DNA of 64,000 bases from a virus, in IMG/VR virus record IMGVR_UViG_3300021475_000010, positions 6,173 through 70,172 of that record. The stretch is one strand, 5' to 3'. Below the pieces are notes generated by a model that was not told the DNA's origin, ran no database searches, and saw only the letters and a program-made list of their open reading frames with translations. A program made the position numbers and the translations under genes. Below, in pieces: positions 62,799 to 64,000 of the stretch; positions within the stretch are counted from its first letter, which is position 1; each line of letters opens with the position of its first letter.

Positions 62799-62828
62799 AG
62801 TATACCGTACGAGCGTCCGCGAGGTCTA
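62799..62828 (-). promoter_or_regulatory. putative promoter TAGACC-N18-TATACT
   Basis: Promoter family member with the CGTACGG extension. Confidence 0.75.
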
Positions 62829-62872
62829 GACCAGGCGTGATGGCCCTCGCGCGATACCGCGCGTACGCGCGC

Positions 62873-63478
62873 CTAGATGACGCGGGTTTTGATATGCCCG
62901 GCCTTGACCGCGGTGTCGATATATAGCTGGTATCCGACTGAGCGCGCTCGACGGCAGAACGTGAAGTCCTCGCCGAACAGCTGGGTTCCCTCAAACTCGT
63001 GCTGGAACCAACGGTAGGGTGTATTGCCTGGTATCTTCTCGAACACCTCGCGGTGGATGAGTAGGCATCCCGCGCCAGTCGCATCTGCCTGTACCAGCTC
63101 TCCTGGCTCCCACTTGTCATTGACAATGTACTGGCCTGCGCCACCGACCCCGAAGTCAGCGATCTTGTTGTATATCTGCGGAAAGATGGGATCGGCAGCT
63201 ACATAGATGAGTGCGCCGATGAGCTTCTGTCTCCGCGCCAGCAGTCTCTGGACTACGAGTTCGGGCAGAATGATGTCTGTGTCGACGGAGAGAAACCACT
63301 CGTAGCCGGTGGCCAGGAACTTGTCGACCAGCCAGTTGCGTGCAAGGTCCACGTGCGGCTCTGAGTACTTGCCCTGGACTACGGCCCCGGCTCTGGTCGC
63401 CTCCAGAAACACAGACTCCATGAACTCGCCGTGTACCATCGTCGGCCTGACGTAGCCGATCATCACACCGCCGGTCAT
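62873..63478 (-). CDS. GT-A fold (GT2-like) glycosyltransferase
   Basis: ARN.LV..FL, WFLSVDTD, DATGAGCLLIHR.VF, GEDFTFC.R....G....DT.V..GH. Confidence 0.88.
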   Translation of the reverse strand: MTGGVMIGYVRPTMVHGEFMESVFLEATRAGAVVQGKYSEPHVDLARNWLVDKFLATGYEWFLSVDTDIILPELVVQRLLARRQKLIGALIYVAADPIFPQIYNKIADFGVGGAGQYIVNDKWEPGELVQADATGAGCLLIHREVFEKIPGNTPYRWFQHEFEGTQLFGEDFTFCRRARSVGYQLYIDTAVKAGHIKTRVI

Positions 63479-63617
63479 GATATGATCCCTGCTGCTACGG
63501 CATCCCTGACTGCTTCCTCGACCAGGTCAAGCCATTGCTGGCGTCCGTCCTCTGGGACTCCGAAAGCCCAGCCTGCCTGGACACATGTGAGTGAAGCCAG
63601 CTTCTGCTGTAGAGGCG

Positions 63618-63809
63618 TCACGTGGCCCGCTCCTTGTCCTTGATCTGCGTATAGATGGGGTCTGCTACCAGTCTGACGTTCGTAAGGCCAGTCATGGCCG
63701 GGTCCTCGATGACCTCGCGCACGGTCTCATGGTCCAGAACACTGGTGACGTAGTCCTTCATGCCTGGAGCGCAGTATGCGACCACGGCGCTGTTTGGATC
63801 GATGACCAT
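63618..63809 (-). CDS. hypothetical protein
   Basis: GAAGGGG RBS, MVIDP... Confidence 0.55.
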   Translation of the reverse strand: MVIDPNSAVVAYCAPGMKDYVTSVLDHETVREVIEDPAMTGLTNVRLVADPIYTQIKDKERAT

Positions 63810-63831
63810 GATGCCCCTTCTGATAGATAGA

Positions 63832-63899
63832 GACAAGGCCGGGAGTCCAGCGCATCGTTCAGCGCACATGCAACGCGGATGATAGGTCCCGACCTTGCC
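63832..63899 (-). promoter_or_regulatory. leader hairpin
   Basis: 13-bp stem GGCAAGGTCGGGA/TCCCGGCCTTGTC directly after the promoter. Confidence 0.5.
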
Positions 63900-63907
63900 A
63901 TGAGCCT

Positions 63908-63936
63908 AGTATAGCGTACCCGCGACACGCAGATAA
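63908..63936 (-). promoter_or_regulatory. putative promoter (GTACGC-TATACT)
   Basis: Same extended -10 as 19359-19370; weak -35. Confidence 0.6.
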
Positions 63937-64000
63937 CAGGCAGGCGGGTGCATGTGCAGAGCATGCAAAATTGCATCAACTTTCACACAGCCGCAGCTTC

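Overview
A 64 kb slice of a GC-rich tailed phage (siphovirus), almost certainly infecting an actinobacterium. No host genes, integrase, canonical tRNA or CRISPR array are visible, and the genome continues past both ends. Minus strand 37.3-63.9 kb is the virion and lysis arm: glycosyltransferase, TerS, TerL, portal, MuF-like protein, an inserted accessory fibre module, scaffold, HK97-type capsid, head-tail genes, major tail, frameshifted tail chaperones, tape measure, Dit, minor tails, membrane proteins and an amidase endolysin. Plus strand 8.2-37.2 kb is the DNA metabolism arm: RuvC-like resolvase, GmhB-GmhA fusion, SNF2 helicase, DUF3987 protein, exonuclease/Sak4/SSB-like trio, FAD oxidoreductase, ThyX-like, Nmad1-like, TylF methyltransferase, DnaE, NrdR-like Zn ribbon, LysM-lysozyme and many small ORFs. 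Minus strand 1.5-8.2 kb is a plasmid-like block: Prim-Pol plus ATPase, an iteron array, DUF559, HNH and a DUF2637-Lsr2 fusion. The most notable observations are (1) a ~290-nt putative non-coding RNA with tmRNA-like ends followed by a 47-nt tRNA mimic that lacks an anticodon arm; (2) convergent promoters, a leader ORF and iterons around the Prim-Pol that resemble antisense copy-number control in plasmids; (3) a dispersed heptose/glycosyltransferase/O-methyltransferase set and a separate nucleotide-modification-type cluster; and (4) a family of promoters and operator-like repeats. All family assignments come from reading motifs by eye; no searches or folding computations were run.
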